NCBI RefSeq assembly: GCF_010365285.1
Contig: NZ_CP048286.1
Coordinates: 4,278,046-4,302,045, forward strand
Source: Paenibacillus rhizovicinus
GTDB lineage: Bacteria; Bacillota; Bacilli; Paenibacillales; Paenibacillaceae
DNA: 24,000 bases
Direction: 5' to 3'
The notes under the pieces were generated by a model. It ran no database searches. It was not told where the DNA came from and saw nothing but the letters and a program-made list of their open reading frames with translations. The position numbers and the translations under genes are program-made. How positions within the stretch are numbered: the stretch's first letter is position 1; each line of letters starts with the position of its first letter. Positions 22,175 through 24,000 of this stretch are shown piece after piece.

Positions 22175-24000
22175 ATGAAACGCTTTGCACGAAGGTTCAG
22201 GAAAGGGTTGCTGCCGCTGCTCAGCTTAAGCTTGATTAGCTCGATCGCAAGCTTCGCGGGTACCGCGGCGGCCAGCGCGACAACGGAATCGTTCAATACG
22301 GCCACGGGTGCAATGAACGTGGATTACGCAGGATATCTGTCCAAGCATGATGTCGTGTTCAACGCGCCTGTCACGGATCCCAAAAGCGGATTGACCGTGG
22401 GCAACGGCAAGGTGGGGGCGATGGTATGGAACGCGGCCACGGGGCTTACGATGCAGGTCTCCGGCGCGGACGCTTCGGAGGAAGGCTTTGCATCGGGAGG
22501 ACTGGTCAATCTCACGACAAGCCCCGGGATGGACACGGGGTACTCCTCGTTCCAGGAGCGTCTGTCGTTATACGACGGCCTCGTGACGACCAAGTACGAT
22601 AACAACCGGACCGTTACGATTCTCGGGTCGCCGAATTCGGAGGTCCTCGGCATTCACGTGGACGACAGCCGCACGGGCGTATCGAACGTTGCGCTGGATT
22701 TAAGCCTGTGGGACGTAACCGGTTTCGGCGGAGGCGACGTGCCGGACATTACGACGTGGAGAACGGTGTCCGCGTTCGCGGATGCGACAACGGTTGGGCT
22801 TAGCAGGGGGCAGACCGACGCCAATCACTTCGGCTATACGCTGGCGGCCACGGTGGAAGGAGCGGGGTTCACGACGCAGACCGTGAGCGGCAGCAAGGTG
22901 AGGCTGAACATCACGCCTTCGTCCAGCTACACGATTTGGATTTCCTGCGCAAGCAGGCTGAACGCGCCGAACTATGATTCGGTGAGCCAGGCCAAGAGTC
23001 AGTTGAATGCAGTCAAGGGCACCGGCTATTCAACCACGTTAACGAATTATAAAAACTGGTGGCATGCGTTCTGGGCCAAGTCCTTCGTGCAATATTCCAA
23101 CGCGGCCGGCGACGCAGATTACTTGGAGAACATCTATTACCTCGGCACCTATATGATCGCCGCCGGCGGATACGGCAACTATCCGTTTCACTTCATCAAC
23201 GGGGTATTCAGCGCGGTCAAAGACGATGACAGCAGCAAGTGGAGCAACGCGTATTGGTACTGGAACCAGCGGGACATCTACAATTCCTTCCTCGCCTCCA
23301 ACCATGCCGACATGATGAACGTGTTCAACAATATGTACAGCCGTAATTTCAGCGCGTTGAAGTCGTATACGATGACCCGGTACGGCATCGACGGCATCTG
23401 GGTGCCCGAGACGATGGGGTGGAACGGCAGCGCGGCCGGGACGATCGGCAGCGATTTCGTGAACGACATCTATTCGACCGGCGCGGAAGCGGCGCTTAAC
23501 ATGTATGCCCAGTATAAATACACCAACGACTCGGCCTACCTGAGCGGTACGGCGTATCCGTTCATGAAGGAAGTCGCGAAGTTCTACGCGGGCAAGCTGA
23601 CTCTCAATAGCAGCACCGGCAAGTATGAGATGGCTTCTTCCAATGCGCATGAAACCTATTGGGACGTCCAGAACGCGATTACGGATCTGGCTGCCGTACG
23701 AAGCCTCTTCCCGAAAGTCATCCAGTCGAGCCAGACGCTGGGCCTCGACGGCACGCTTCGCGCCCAGTGGCAGAATATCCTGGACAACTTGGCGTCTTAT
23801 CCAGTTGACCCGAGCGATCCGAACAAGTACTTCCCGCACACGCCGCCGGCTTCCACGATCCGCAACGGGGAGAATATCGTGCTGGAATTGCTCTGGCCTT
23901 ACAGCGTCAGCGGCATCGGGGCGTCCGATTACCAGAAGCTGGTCAACAATTTCAACAGCCGCATCTTCACCTACGGCGCCATCTGGGATCCCGGCGCGAT
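22175..24000 (+). CDS. Secreted glycoside-hydrolase-like protein (six-hairpin, GH95-like; family uncertain), 3'-truncated by the window end
   Basis: This ORF is not in the track because it is open-ended. My hand translation from the ATG at 22175 gives 608 codons with no stop, and GGAGG (22164-22168) lies 6 nt upstream. The signal peptide is MKRFARRFRKGLLPLLSLSLISSIASFAGTAAASA. The N-terminal GNGKVGAMVWN motif and the later KWSNAYWYWNQRDIYNSF region resemble GH95-type enzymes. Confidence 0.7.
   Translation, partial: MKRFARRFRKGLLPLLSLSLISSIASFAGTAAASATTESFNTATGAMNVDYAGYLSKHDVVFNAPVTDPKSGLTVGNGKVGAMVWNAATGLTMQVSGADASEEGFASGGLVNLTTSPGMDTGYSSFQERLSLYDGLVTTKYDNNRTVTILGSPNSEVLGIHVDDSRTGVSNVALDLSLWDVTGFGGGDVPDITTWRTVSAFADATTVGLSRGQTDANHFGYTLAATVEGAGFTTQTVSGSKVRLNITPSSSYTIWISCASRLNAPNYDSVSQAKSQLNAVKGTGYSTTLTNYKNWWHAFWAKSFVQYSNAAGDADYLENIYYLGTYMIAAGGYGNYPFHFINGVFSAVKDDDSSKWSNAYWYWNQRDIYNSFLASNHADMMNVFNNMYSRNFSALKSYTMTRYGIDGIWVPETMGWNGSAAGTIGSDFVNDIYSTGAEAALNMYAQYKYTNDSAYLSGTAYPFMKEVAKFYAGKLTLNSSTGKYEMASSNAHETYWDVQNAITDLAAVRSLFPKVIQSSQTLGLDGTLRAQWQNILDNLASYPVDPSDPNKYFPHTPPASTIRNGENIVLELLWPYSVSGIGASDYQKLVNNFNSRIFTYGAIWDPGA

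Overview
The window looks like chromosomal DNA from a moderately GC-rich Firmicute of the Paenibacillus type. This is an inference from GGAGG-type ribosome-binding sites (RBSs), a lipoprotein sugar-binding protein and the gene families present. All start coordinates were re-derived by hand from RBS position. Several ORF-track entries carry false N-terminal extensions that read through the upstream gene. Gene order, left to right: (1) about 500 bp with no convincing gene, holding two minus-strand terminator-like hairpins. (2) A CUT1 sugar ABC importer, with a binding protein and two permeases but no ATPase. (3) An alpha/beta hydrolase of the non-haem haloperoxidase/esterase type. (4) An MFS transporter that is convergent with the hydrolase and divergent from a LysR regulator. 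(5) A four-gene operon of PadR, a pentapeptide-repeat protein, an ABC ATPase and an ABC-2 permease, with a near-consensus promoter and a terminator. (6) A complete group II intron (RT/maturase, no endonuclease domain) inserted in the U-tract of that terminator. (7) A visibly AT-richer PPP-family metallophosphatase. (8) A LacI regulator followed by four tandem Gfo/Idh/MocA oxidoreductase paralogues behind a perfect 14-bp palindromic operator. (9) A roughly 160-bp polypurine tandem-repeat tract. (10) A membrane-anchored AraC-type regulator split in two by a frameshift. (11) A roughly 470-bp non-coding spacer containing GC-rich degenerate repeats. (12) A secreted glycoside-hydrolase-like gene that runs off the window end. 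The best candidates for undescribed biology are three. First, the PadR/pentapeptide/ABC-2 module, whose layout parallels McbEFG target protection plus efflux. Second, the LacI-controlled operon made only of four oxidoreductase paralogues, two of which have a His-rich loop in place of the GxGxxG dinucleotide-binding motif. Third, the terminator-targeted intron. No rRNA, tRNA or CRISPR array was seen.
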